This document shows positions 36,517 through 49,120 of a stretch of 64,000 bases of DNA, piece after piece. This stretch comes from Puccinia triticina (Eukaryota). Position 1 is the first letter of the stretch. Each line of letters starts with the position of its first letter. Where the stretch lies: NCBI GenBank assembly GCA_026914245.1, contig CP110439.1, forward strand, positions 5,208,001 to 5,272,000. Direction: 5' to 3'. Under the pieces are notes generated by a model. That model was not told the origin of the DNA. It saw nothing but the letters and a program-made list of their open reading frames with translations, and made no database searches. Both the position numbers and the translations under genes were made by a program.

Positions 36517-39500
36517 TTAGCGGTGATTGGGTTTTTGGATCAAGTTCATCTCTTCCTGCATTCGTTGTCGAACGCTTCGAGTTCTATCGACACCGTTCAG
36601 CCGATTATCTGTTCCCGGATGACTGGGTCTTCGAATTGGGTTTCCCTGTGGCCGCTTTTTTTGAGAAACAAAACAACAAATATGACATCAACAATAAGTC
36701 TTAATACCAGCAATAGAAAGAATAAGGACATGAGAAAGGTGAGATGTGTTTACCTTGTTGATGAACAGCGAAGGTGGAGGCTTTGTCCGTGGTTGTGGCC
36801 TAATTGGAACAGGTAGTGGTTTATTGGCCGGGATATGAGCGCTGGGACCTGGGCAAGCCTGGCCAGACGAGTCTCCCTCAGACTTTGTCGAGACATCATG
36901 TGTAGGGGGGACGACAGTCTGTGCGATAGCTGGAGGTTGGGTGGGGTTGGCAGGGTCAGCCGCTTGGCGCTTTGGAAGGTTTCCAGCTTGGTTGCGTTTG
37001 TCTTCTACGCCATCCGAAGCGTCAATCGATATCTTCCGCTTCAGAGCTTGGTTAGCTTTCGCGATCGTGCCGCGAGCTTGTGATAGCTCGGATGCCTGTT
37101 TCGGCGTCATTAGAAGGCCAACTGGTGGGTGGGACGGGTTCTTAGCACTTGCCGAAGGAATTGTTTGACGAGGTCGTGAAATAACTGGGACCGATGAAGT
37201 AGAGTAAAACATTTGGCTCGTCACCTACACAAAAAAAAAAAACGCATTTGAAGAAGAAAAAAACTATTAAACATCGGAAGCATCCCGGCAACCTGAGTGT
37301 GCCAATCATTAATTTTGAATCTTGGCTTGATTAACCTCACTGATCACTGATCGTTGCACGGCGTCATCAACAAGCGCTTTCCAGGTAGGATCCTGACTCA
37401 AGACCCCGCGATTGCCGATGATGAACATCGACGACTTCGCCCGAGTCAAAGCGACGTTCATTCGCCGGATATCTTTCAAGAAACCGATACCACCGCCAGA
37501 GTTGTTGTCGTTTCTACCTCCTCGGACACAAGACAAGATGATAATATCTTTTTCTTGACCTTGAAAACCATCTACTGTGTTAACATCAATGGCTGCAACG
37601 GTGTCGGCGGGGAATTTGGCTCTTAGTTGTCGACGAATTTCACCGACTTGGGCAGCATAACCTGTAATGATCCCTACCCGATAGGCAAAGTCAATCTGCG
37701 GGTAGTCATTCGCTATCCTCCAGACGATCGAGACAGCTAAGGAAGCTTCCATTCGATTCATGAGTGAATGGTGCGCTCCTCGTTCTTCTCTGGCTCCAAC
37801 GGGATGAAAGAAGGCATAAGGAGGGAACAAAGAGTCGGACTGATGCCATGGTTGAACAGCTTTCTTTTCCATCTCAGGCCCATCAAGCAGTTTGGAATCA
37901 TAGAAAGCCTTGCTGGGAAACGTGCTGATAGAGGGGTGCATTCGATATTGGATACTGGAAAAAAGATATCGGTCAAGGTTAGAGATAAGTTTACGAAACA
38001 ATTGCAATTTCCTCTTTTTTTCCCTTACCTCAGCAAATGTGCCACATCAGGAGCATTTCTTTGCATCCGCACAAATAAACTCTGGTCGTACCCAGCTTGG
38101 CTTGCTGTCTGAGAGAGCACCGTTGGAGGTAACTGCATCGGATCTTTTATAGACAAAAAAAGACACATTGCAGGACAAGGAGCCTTAATTCTAGCCAAGC
38201 GAGCAGGAGAGTAGGATAATACACACCTCCAACCAGTATGCATTGGGTTGCATTGTACCGAAGAGGGATGAGGGACGCCGGTTCAACACATTGACAAGCC
38301 TCGTCAATCACAACAGTTTCGAAATCGAATGGCAACTGAGACATGTAGTCGTGCCCCGAGCCGGAAAGGGTTGAGCAGACAACATCCGCATCCTGCAAAA
38401 TTTGCATCCTCAATTTTCTCGTAGCTGCATCCAAATATCTTTTTGAGGCATCCTGTTGATCACGGGCTTGGTCGATTTTAGCCGACAGCTCGTGTATCTT
38501 TCTTCTGGTGTGGGTCACTTCCTCTTGCAAAGTCCGATAATGGGGCGAGTCCGCAGGCAGTCGCTCGGCCTCCATTTGTTTTGAGTCTCGAGTGTCGCGT
38601 AATTTGGAGAGTTGCTGTCGAAGGTCTTGGATTGCACCAGCTGACCCGGCAACTGTTTCAGCCGCCTTTCCCGGCTCCGAATCTTTGCTCATGGCTGCGA
38701 CCAGTTCATCGATAAAGATATCCTTGACAGCCATGTTCACCTTTGAGTCTGCTCCGATCCGCACCAGCTTGGGTATGATCAACTCGCCCTGGGCCCCTCG
38801 AACGCCCTCTTTCAACCGTTTCGCCACTTCGTCAACCGCAGCATTACTTGGGGCACAGAGCAAGATCTTTCGCGTAATTGAGGGCGGCCCTCCGGCCGAG
38901 TCGTCTACTTTCGGGCGACTTGCAATGAATGCACCAACGAGTCCGACAATGGTGCTTGTTTTTCCTGTTCCGGGGGGTCTATGGCCCACCAAAAGGATAC
39001 AGAGGAGGAAATTTTAGCTAGCACAAACGATGTCATATACGTACAACCAGCTTCATACCCTTGTATCAGCGAGAAGCCGGGTGTAGCAAGAGCGCTGATG
39101 ATAGCACGACCTTGTGGCTCGTTGACCTTTTGACATCTCATCACTTTGGTGAGGTACTCTTCGGCGATCGGCGCAGGAGTGGTGGCGTAGGCCTGGAGGA
39201 TGTCGTTGCCTAGAGTGAGATACGGCAAAGACCGCAAAGCGGCCCATTCTCGATGAGTCGTGCTCAAACTGGGTCAAAATATCAACCCCACAGAACAGAT
39301 CGTGCCCATTGAAATATGCGAAGCTATGAAGTTGACTTACCTACACAGGTGCATGACAGTCCATTTGGTCTTGGGAACCATATTCCCGCTGATATCCTGC
39401 CTCGCACTGCCAAAATGCATCCTCAAGTTCAATTCAAAACAATCATGTTTCCGTGATAGGCTGATCACTTTCGCCAGAATACATCGGGAAGGTGCCTGTG

Positions 39501-42500
39501 GGTCGGTAGATCTTACTAGGACTAAGTCTGCTTCGCTGAAATATGTCCGCTCAGGTAGCAAGGCATGTTTGACCGTTGTATAGATCTCTATGAAATCATC
39601 GACAGATGTCCTCCCGATTACATCTACTGGAATCGGCACCTTCTCTCCTGAACTAACGGATTCTTTTGCTTGGCAAATTTGCTGCCAAGTCTCGCACATC
39701 AGCAAGGGCTCAGTACATGATAAGTAATGGGAAAAGTTGCCGAATGACGGTGGAAGGTGATTATAATTCGTAGGTGCTCCCGGAGGGCAGGACCCGGTGT
39801 GATTATAGTCCCATTGCAAAATGTACCGATGTAGATCCGTAAAATCCGGCTGCATCCTTAATTTTTGAAGCTTGAGGATATTCTGCTGTTCGCGTCTGGC
39901 CTGTGCTACTTTCTTTTGTTTCTCGATCGCTGGATCGTTAAACATCTTGATCGTCCGACGCGGTTCAGCAAGTTTGGCGGATTGGAACGTCTTGCCTTTC
40001 TGTGCCTGGACCAGCCTAGCCATGCCAGTCGTCTCTGAGGCATCTTCTTCTGATTCATCATCCGAGCCATCCTCGGATCCCTGAAGTATCTGATTTGGCT
40101 GGTCATGATAGAAGTTCTTCATCGGGGGTTGGCAAAAGTTGGGACCTGAGGTACGCTGTGGGGGCTTTGTGGAAGCGTGTTGCTTGGGCATGGCAGCTGA
40201 ATGTGGGGCCTGACCTGGGCGCGCGAGTGGTACTCGAGGTGCATTGAGGACTGGGCGAGAAGCCTTCATTTCTTTCCGCAGGTTGCCAATCACACTGTCA
40301 TGTCCATATTGTCTTCTAGGCGCTGGCTTGTCAGCCGGCTTCGGTTTGGCTTGAGAACTAGAGTGTGACACTGTCAACTTCGGTTGATCAACGCTGCGAG
40401 ATTTTGACTGTCCCTGTTGGTCGGTCTTCTGGTTCTGGTGAGCGGAGGGTCCAGCCGTTGGCTTGATCTGAGGAAAGATATCCGCCCATTGAGAAGAAGA
40501 AGTCCCAGCTTTGGTCCCATGATCAGCGGGTGGTGAGCGAAGAGTGTCGCCGGCTGGCTCTACAATTTCGATTTCGTCTTCGTCGTCGATGATAGTCGCA
40601 AAACGTGCGGCCAATTCAGGGTGAGTGGCCAGGGCGTTCTTGAGGTAGACACGCTGTTGCTCGGTCAAGATAACGGACGAGTTTGGTGATGGGTCGATAT
40701 ATTTAGCTAATCTCTCCACGATTGCCGGGTTGAGTGGTCTTCTAAATTTACCGATCTTTTCCAACATCTGGACTATCACTCCAGTACTACGGTCAAGAAG
40801 ATCAGCATCGTTCAGTCGGAGCCAAGCTACGATAGACTCCGTCGGTCGCATGAAAGAATCCACCATTTTCGACCGAAGGCTTTCATTTCCCACTGTTTCA
40901 GTCAGTCGACCAAAGGCCGCTGATTCAAAAATCTGGAATGTTTTGACCAATTGTTCCGCAAATATTAACGCATCTCGCATCCATTCGGTCATTTCTGATG
41001 ATTGCCAGTATTCAGCCCAGTATGGAGTCCTGGCAAAAATATTCGAGACGGATGAGCACATCAAGTTCCAAAGTTCGACTAGTTCGGAGGCGTTTAACGA
41101 CTGGATGTAAGCCTGATCTCGCAACAACCCATCGGTTGGAGAACAAAAGATGCTGATGACATCGGACATGCACCTCACGAGTCGCCGAGCCAAGCTCATA
41201 GCATCAGGGAGAATCTTTGAATGTAGATCAACATTCTTCAAGGCATCTGTAAGACCTTCGAATGCTGCCCTTCCACCTTTTGATAGCAATGCGCGTAAGC
41301 AATCGAGACGAGATGTACAATCGGACCATTGTCGAACTAAGGCCAGTGAGGAGGTGTGTAGACCATCGTTAGGCGAAAAGATCAGAGCGATGACGGCTTT
41401 GAGGATTGAAGCCTCTTTCAGTAACGATGAGAGTAGTTGTGAACCATAAGTAGAGCCGGAGAGATCGATTAAAGCATCGACTAACGGAGCTCTAATGGTT
41501 GATACTGCATTGTTCAGCGCAGTAATAGTAGGCTCAAGAGAAGAGTTTGTCGGCCTTTCTGGAGGGAGCCACGATCTACTGGCGAGGTGGTCAATGTGGG
41601 CGCAGCTGGACAACGAACCAATGAGGAGTGAAAACACCTTCATGAGGTACAGATTTGATGACGAGTAATCGTTAGAAAGCTTGTATAGTCTAATCCAAAG
41701 TGGTTTGGAAATTTGAATCTGGAGATGTGAAAGATCAACTGATGTCAACTTTTCTCTGACGATTTTCAGTTGGGTTCTGCAAAGCTCTCGCAGAACAAGG
41801 GTCAGATTTTGAGACTCGTGGAAGGCTATCTGTTCAACAATCTGTTGGGCTTGAGGCTGGATTTTCGCCCATCCGCCGAGTCGATACCGGTTATCGTAGG
41901 CTAAATCGATGAAGAACGGAAGGAAGACGCGTAGATATTGCTGAACTCGGGTGCGGGCTATTGCAGGCTCAGTGGGTGAGTTGGGAGACTTGCCGCGAGG
42001 AATTGAAATTACGATGTTGGAATGAGCCTTGTGGGTCATGAGATCTTGGCAGATTGCCAAACTCAGGCTCGCGGGGCTGGCGAGGTTGCACACGGATCGC
42101 TGGAGCTTGTTCACCAAAATATCGTGGAGAAGGTTGAAAGTGTCGATTGAGAATTGGTTTGAGTGGGTCACAGACCGGATGAAAGGGAGAAGCCACTCGA
42201 GAGATTGCGGAATGAAATCTGGCGAGTTCGTGTTGGCAGCGAAGTCGTCCCGTTCGAGTACTTTGCGGAGGACTTCGGCAGGAGATGGCACATGGACGAT
42301 GTCCGAAGTCGACGGCTCAAGAGATGCTTCTTGTGCCATCATCCAGAAAGAGGACCCCAGATACTTCAGGAGTATGCCCCAGCACGCATAGACCTTTGGA
42401 ATGTGCTCTCCGGAATCGGTGAGGTGGTCGAGAATAAGCTTGGGTAGGCCAAAGAATGAGGGTCCGATGTGATTGGACGGGCGTGAAGAGCAATAGGGTA

Positions 42501-43545
42501 GCAGAGCCGATAAGATGGAAGCCAAGCTGAACCAACTGTTTTCACGGGTTGGATGGATGACAAGATCCTGGAGAAATTTCAAGTGGGTTCCCTCAGATGA
42601 ATTAATGTGACTACGGTTAATGATCGTTATGACTTCGGCCATCACTGCCTTTGTAGCATTATTTGAATCTGAATTGGTGTGGGATTCAGAACTGCTCGAC
42701 GCAAAGTAGTCTAATTGCCGCCGCGCAAAAGCTGCGCAATCGGAGTTGTCATCCATGGTGAGTAGTATCAATCCAGGCAAGCTGAGTTGCGGGTGAAGGA
42801 TTTGAAGCGGGTCGTGTCGCGATTGATTTGCCATGAGTTGTGAGACTTTCGACCATATTTTCGAGTCGGTTAAAATTTCTGGCCGTGATAGCAAGATAGA
42901 CAGGATTGGCCCGAGTGTTGGAGGACCCGAAACCGCGTTATCAGACTCGGACTGAATGGCGGTTTCCAGGATGGGCAAACTCAGGGTAATCACGAGGTTA
43001 TAGACTGATTGCACGAAGGTCGTCGACAGTTCTGGGTTGGTCGAGTAAAACATGGGGAGCCATCTATGGTGAAAGAGGAGTGTCAGTATCCTGTTCAGAG
43101 GGCTCTAGCATGGATCCAAAAAAAATGACACAAACTTTTCACCAAGCTGACTGAGGGAAGCATCATGTCCCGCTGCGCAATCCAGACAGTTTGTAATGCA
43201 GGCTTGATAGGTTTCTCGCCATGTTTGGACGATCCCTTTGGGTTTGAAGCTGATCAACCGCAGCAAAAATGCCCGAAGCTCCTCAAGCTGATTGACATCG
43301 ATTGTGGGAGATTCTCGTCCGTCCTTGAGTTGACCTACACGTAATCCTTTATCGCAAAACAGGTGGCCATAGCCAGAATCCGGACCGAGGGGTGCGAGGT
43401 CTGATTGCATCCGCGTGATTATCCACTTGAGCCCCAGTGTAGTGGCTGTGTTCCAATGGGCTTTGTCGGTCGGGTCTTGCTTTACATCGTTCAAAGATCG
43501 GAGAAACGCTTGGTAATATTCAGACTCCGAAGAGTCCAATTCCAT
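36517..43545 (-). CDS. SEN1: Sen1/senataxin Upf1-like SF1 helicase
   Basis: Long N-terminal helical region with CITNCLDC. Helicase motifs LIQG|PPGTGKTSTI, ILLCAPSNAAVDE, FETVVIDEACQCVE, QYRMHPSISTFPS, VNTVDGFQGQEKDIIILSCVR, RRMNVALTRAK. Last exon ends KPNHR* at 36517. Confidence 0.93.
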
Positions 43546-44514
43546 TTCTTGAGCGACAAATTCTCCAAGAGGACAGACGATTCGACGCGAATTCGAGCGA
43601 GAATTATTGAGGGAGGGTTATGGAGAGTTATCTGGAACGTGAACTGGACTACAGGTAAACAGAAAACTTCGACAGTTTTCGTGATGATGTGTTATTGCTG
43701 TCAGCGTTACTGTAAAACATCAACTGATCAGCAAGAGAAACTCACAGAAATTTGTACGAGGTGAGTATGTATCTTGTCCGTCCAACTGAGGGAAACGATG
43801 TTGTGTGTGGTTCCTTGTTGAGAATTTCTGACCTCGAGCACCTCGAAAGTCGAGCACAGAAACAAAGGCAACTGTGGCCCTTTCCGATGACTATGAGCAT
43901 CTCAAGACGTCATGCGGCCCGGGAAGTGGGCCGTGCGACCGGCCGCGGTCATCCCGACGTCCACTTCGCTCCATTCAAAAACAATTTTCCATTCACCACA
44001 CTGCCAAAGGCAAATCAACACCTTTGTCATTTGTGTCGATGTAGCCATCCGGTTGCTGGGTCACGAGAGCCTTGCTTCTATAAAGCTCATTGGAAGTAAA
44101 ACCTATCACCCGTCATCCTTTTTCGCTGACCCCTAGTAAAACTCACCCAACGTGACATTCAATGGCGTATTTAATTTTGGCTATCAGCTGTGGAACTTGT
44201 TTTCAAGAGTCATGCTGCTTTTCACAACATTTGAAGAACTTAGACCACTTGCAAGTGACTGAACTCAAACTATGATATTAACACGAATATTAAACAATAT
44301 AGGTAAATACAATTTAACGGACTAAAAATATACAAAGAATATGTGTTTATGATGAGCACTTGAAAGAAGAAGAAAAAATCTGTGAAAGAGTTGTTTTTTG
44401 GAATGTGTTCTGGTGCAGCGTCATATTGGAACTGGAATAAATAGAGGACATACACAGAGGTTAGGGCGGCGCTTTTGATGAGCAGATATTTATGTTTGTG
44501 CGGATTGAGTTACG

Positions 44515-45069
44515 TTATTGAGGAGTCGTGGTTTGCTTTGGGACGGGGGTGACGACCTTGGCAGACGGAGCGGACACGGCGGGAGCAGCCGACGAAGAAC
44601 TATCCGGCTGGATGCCGGTGATGAACGTCTTCAAAAGATTCTTGGACTCGTGCTTCTCGCCGCCGGCGCGTTTTTCCAGGAAGGATTCGAATGCGCTGGT
44701 GTCGCTGATATGCCGTCTGATCTGTCGACGTCTGGCGCGAGGATGGGAGCCGGCTGCGGGTTGTGCGTCGCGCAAGCCCGGGTCGACTGGGTCCGGAGTG
44801 GTCGGCGGATCACCCTCTGGACTCGCGTTCAGATATCTTTCCGAGGACTTGGAAGATTCGCTCCCGCTGAGTATTGTAAAGCTGGTAGATTGAGGATTCG
44901 CCATACCGGCACTTCGAGCCGCGTTCGTCTTCCCAATGTTGTAAGGCTGCGTCGGCTCTTGAGGACGTGTTGATGGTCTTCCATTTTCGCTCTCGATCGA
45001 GGCGAGATTGCTGATATGTACAGTGGAGACTAGGGCTGGGATGCATGCTAACAAGGCTAGAAAACGCAT
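44515..45069 (-). CDS. Candidate secreted low-complexity protein (~184 aa) with dibasic processing sites
   Basis: Signal-like MRFLALLACIPALVSTVHI, S/T/P-rich body, RARRR / IRR / LEKR motifs, single exon. Confidence 0.6.
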   Translation of the reverse strand: MRFLALLACIPALVSTVHISNLASIESENGRPSTRPQEPTQPYNIGKTNAARSAGMANPQSTSFTILSGSESSKSSERYLNASPEGDPPTTPDPVDPGLRDAQPAAGSHPRARRRQIRRHISDTSAFESFLEKRAGGEKHESKNLLKTFITGIQPDSSSSAAPAVSAPSAKVVTPVPKQTTTPQ

Positions 45070-46614
45070 GATTGATGGCGAAGAATGTGTTATTGACAAT
45101 GGTTGCAGAAGCGGCTCAATTCACGGGATCCGGATGCCCCCCTTTTTGACCCAACAGATGTGAGGTGTTCACTAGCTTTCAAGTTTCTGGGCAGCAGTTA
45201 CCACTCTTTGGGCCTTTCGACCGAGAGGGCGGGGCCTTGCTCAAGACCCCAACCCGAGTGACATGCTGGGCTAGGCGCCGGGTTGAACACGTGTCCCTTC
45301 CCCGCCACGGTCGCCGACACCACGCCGGGCCACCCGTCCATGACGGTCGCGGATGTTTATAGGGTCCAACACCCCACACCCACCGAGTATTTCCGAGGGC
45401 AAAACATCATCCAAACCTGCCAATCTACAACAGGGACCAATCGATCTCAGAATCTGCGATGCATCCGTGCGGGATACGCCGGGAGGACAGGAGAAGGCTG
45501 GCGAAGATGGGGGTCGAAGGCCGATTATTGCAGCCTCCGGCTCGGAGGAAGATGTGATAAATGTGGAAGGAAGGCCTGCTCCGGGCGGAGGATCTTGTCC
45601 AACGTTCCCCGCGGAACTGGCGTCGCCTCTCGCCCGTCATTCCGGCCTTTTTCGCACCCTCTCCGCAGCGTCGCTCGAGATAACTGTAATTCAACAACTA
45701 TAGTTTAGACGTAAACCCGTATATCCTTGGCAGCTGTTTTGACGAACAGGACCCGGGCCGGCGTCTCCGCCTGGCAGCATAGGCCGTCATGCCCGCATCT
45801 GAGATCTCCTCCTCCTCCTCAAAGACACCTACAAGAGATCTTGACAAAGCGATCTGGATAACATACACGCCCACGCGCGCCCACGGTTTTGTATGACGTC
45901 GTCACTTTTTTGGGGGGAGGGGGGTACATACGAGAAAGGGTGGATCGGTGGAGAAGAGAGAGTTGTGAGGTGAAGGAGCGGCGCCATTGAAGGGCTCGGT
46001 GGCTGCAGTGCGTGAGAGTTGACTTGAGAGCCGCGCGCCGACAGTGTGCTCGGGACACCGCTGGCGTCTCCAGCCGGGCGGTGGACCATCCGGGCCGCAA
46101 GATCGCTCCCCATTCATAGCTGGACGTCCATCACCAGCCTGTTGAGAAGAAGGATGTGTATGTGAGCACACACGCCCTCCTTGCGAGCCTCGCGATCGTC
46201 TTCAGCTGTACAGCGCCAATCCCGCAATCCCTCATACCCATGGCCACTCCGTCAGATTCTTCTCAACCCATGCGCGCTTTTGGCCCCCACGACGGCGTGT
46301 GGGCCTCCCAAAACTTGCGTGTTCGCTGCAATTCAAATACGTTTGGCAGTGGTAAAACTGACACACCCTCCATACTCTGGCCTCCGAGAGTCTCAGAAGA
46401 TGTGTGCCCGAATGTAACAGCATGTTGCACCCTATTAAGTTTATTTGCTGTAAAGCAGTTCAAACCAGGGCACAATTAGCTTCCCTTTCTGTTTCTGATT
46501 GAATTTGGGGCAGAGGAGGGAGAGGGAGCGGGAAGGAGACTCTGCGGGAGTGGAGATAGGGTTATCGCGGCACGTCTGCTCCCGATGCTGAAGCTTACGC
46601 GTTGTTGAGGTGGT

Positions 46615-46644
46615 AATGATGATGATGATGATGATGATGATGAT
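46615..46644. repeat. (GAT)n microsatellite
   Basis: About 9-10 ATG/GAT triplets. Confidence 0.85.
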
Positions 46645-47576
46645 AGCCCAGTGGCAGAAAGAGCTCTCCTGTGTTAGCCTGTGTTAGGACATCGGCAATC
46701 TAAACTCCATCCAGCGGTCCAGACTCCAGATTCTCCGTTCTGCCGTCCCATGATTCGAACTTCGAGGACAGGCAAGCTCTGGTCTTGGGCCTTGGCTGGT
46801 GTTGTATGGCTTTAGCCGATGATGAGCATGTTTTGTTGTTGTATGTGTTTACACGTTTATTTGACTGTTGAGATATGATGATTGTATTTATTTATGCGTG
46901 CATACATATTTGGCCAGCTTTCGCAGGCCTCATTAGCATTAATCTTTGGTGATTGGATGATGATGGTGAGAAGCAGATTGTAAATGGGTGTTTGGTCGCA
47001 GACTCCGTCCCAGTTAGTTATGCGACATCCCGGAAGCCAGCCCGGTGCAGGCCTGCTGCTGCCTCTTGCAGTTTTGGCTTGGGATTGTTTCGGAGATCGA
47101 TCGCTAGCAAAACCTGTTGAGGATATCGCCGGGCTTTCTCTCTTCCAAGTGTAAAAATGTGTAAGGAAATGAGGTCAGAGCGCGTCAACTCATCGCCAGT
47201 TGATTTGTACTGAATCGTAAATGGCCATATATACATATACAGGCTTCTAAGTTTCTGGCGATCTTCGAGAAAACTCTTGTAGGGTACAAATCTGTGGTGT
47301 CCACTCGCGTTACAGCGTCAAGTCATGGCGCGGTCCATAACTGTTGCAGAGACTCCATCGCCAGAACTGGCTGTATACTGCTGCTTCGAGGGGGCCTCGA
47401 TATACATGGTGTTGAGTTATGGTGTTATGTTGTAGGAGTTTGAGTGTACAGTTATGTAGATATCAGGAAGCCTTAACCTTTCGATTTGAGGCTAGAACCA
47501 CTCGGTAGGGGACATCCACTTGACAGCCCCTTTTTTCTTCTGAGTTCTTCTGAGTTTTTCTGAGTTTTCTGTGAGG

Positions 47577-47602
47577 ATGTGTGTGTGTGTGGGTGTGTGT
47601 GT
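47577..47602. repeat. (GT)n microsatellite
   Basis: Interrupted GT run. Confidence 0.75.
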
Positions 47603-49120
47603 AGTGCAGGTGTGGTGCAGTATATCTATACCCAGCCTCCTCCTCTCGCCCTCCCCTCCCCTCATCCCTCCATCCATCCATCTCTCCTCCACTGGTACGC
47701 TTGAGATCCGTCTCGCGACCTCCCCGCTTTCCCTCTCCTCTCCCCTTCCGGTTCGGGCACGCTTGAGATTCGGTCAGTCCTCTTTCCTCTGCGCGATCGT
47801 CCGTAGCTAGCCACCCTTGCGCTCCCGGCCCGCTCCCTCAGCCTCCGCCGGCCGGCCCACCCCAGCCCGTTTCCTTTCGTCGCCACGCCCAGTGGGACGG
47901 GATTGGCTGGTGAGGGCTCGACGAGCATCAAGATTCGCAACGACCACTGAAATTACCCTCCGCTGCGTTGCGCCCTTCGCGCCTTTCACCCAGCCTGCTG
48001 CGACCCCCACTCCCCTCGAGCCAATCACAACCCAATCATCCTTCCGCGCCGCAATCCCCCTATATTCTCCGACTCCCACTCTCCTTCAGTTCTTTCCTTC
48101 CAACCCAAAAACACTTGTCCATCCACTCCGATCATCCCCATCTTCTGTCGCTCCAGAGATCTGGGAAACTTGCGGCCGCTATTGCCCACTCCCAAGGGAC
48201 CATTCCTGGTAGATCAGCCGGATAATACTCTACAATAGCCCGCACAGAGCCCAGCGTGATCTCTGCGCGCCGTCTTCCCCAACCAAACTTTTCTCTCCAA
48301 ATTATTAACCATCATTCTCCGCCGTACTCTTCCTCAAGCCGGCCATGCCTGTCATTCTTGCCAATGGCTGCCGTCTCTCTTGCCAGCCAGCCAGCTACTG
48401 TCTCTTTCTCTCTCTCTTTCCATCTTCATGTCCCGTGTAAATACCACCAAACCTTCTGATCTATCCATTCTCACTTACCACTATCATCTATCTTCACCTC
48501 ACACTTTCCATCTTCTGCCAGCAACTGTTTCTTGTTCCTTAACTTTTTATGATCTCCCCATCCGGCCCAGCCATCGAAACTTGCTTCTTTAACTTGATGG
48601 AACTAATACACTTGACCTCTTTCACCCTTTTCATCCATCACAGTCTCGCGACCCACCGTTCTCTCTCGCGACTACTCGACCCCTCAAGCCTTCAAACGCA
48701 CACTTCCCACTTATACCACTGCCAACCCTATCCGCCCTACAGCTAGCCATCCTCTACCCTCATTGCACCGCCTCCCGCTCCGACTGGACGCTGGTTATCT
48801 CTTTCCCCTCACGGAAAAGATAATAACCACTGCTGGCCGTCACCCAATCTATTCTCACACTCACTCTTGCGCCCTGCCCCGCTCTCCCCCCTGTCCATTT
48901 CTCCTCGTATCGAGTTGTTGTGATTTGTTTTGCTTTCTATCTGTTTATCTTTGCCACTATCGGGCCTCCTCTTTGAGCCTCCTTTCTTGAAAAGCTATCC
49001 TGCCTTGTGGCAAGTCAATGTAAGTCATCTCTTCTCAGCCAAAAAAAAATATGCTTCGATTGCCCTGGTGGTTGACTGATCCTAAGTTCTTCGCCTGCTT
49101 TCCGTGTCCAGATTTCTACC

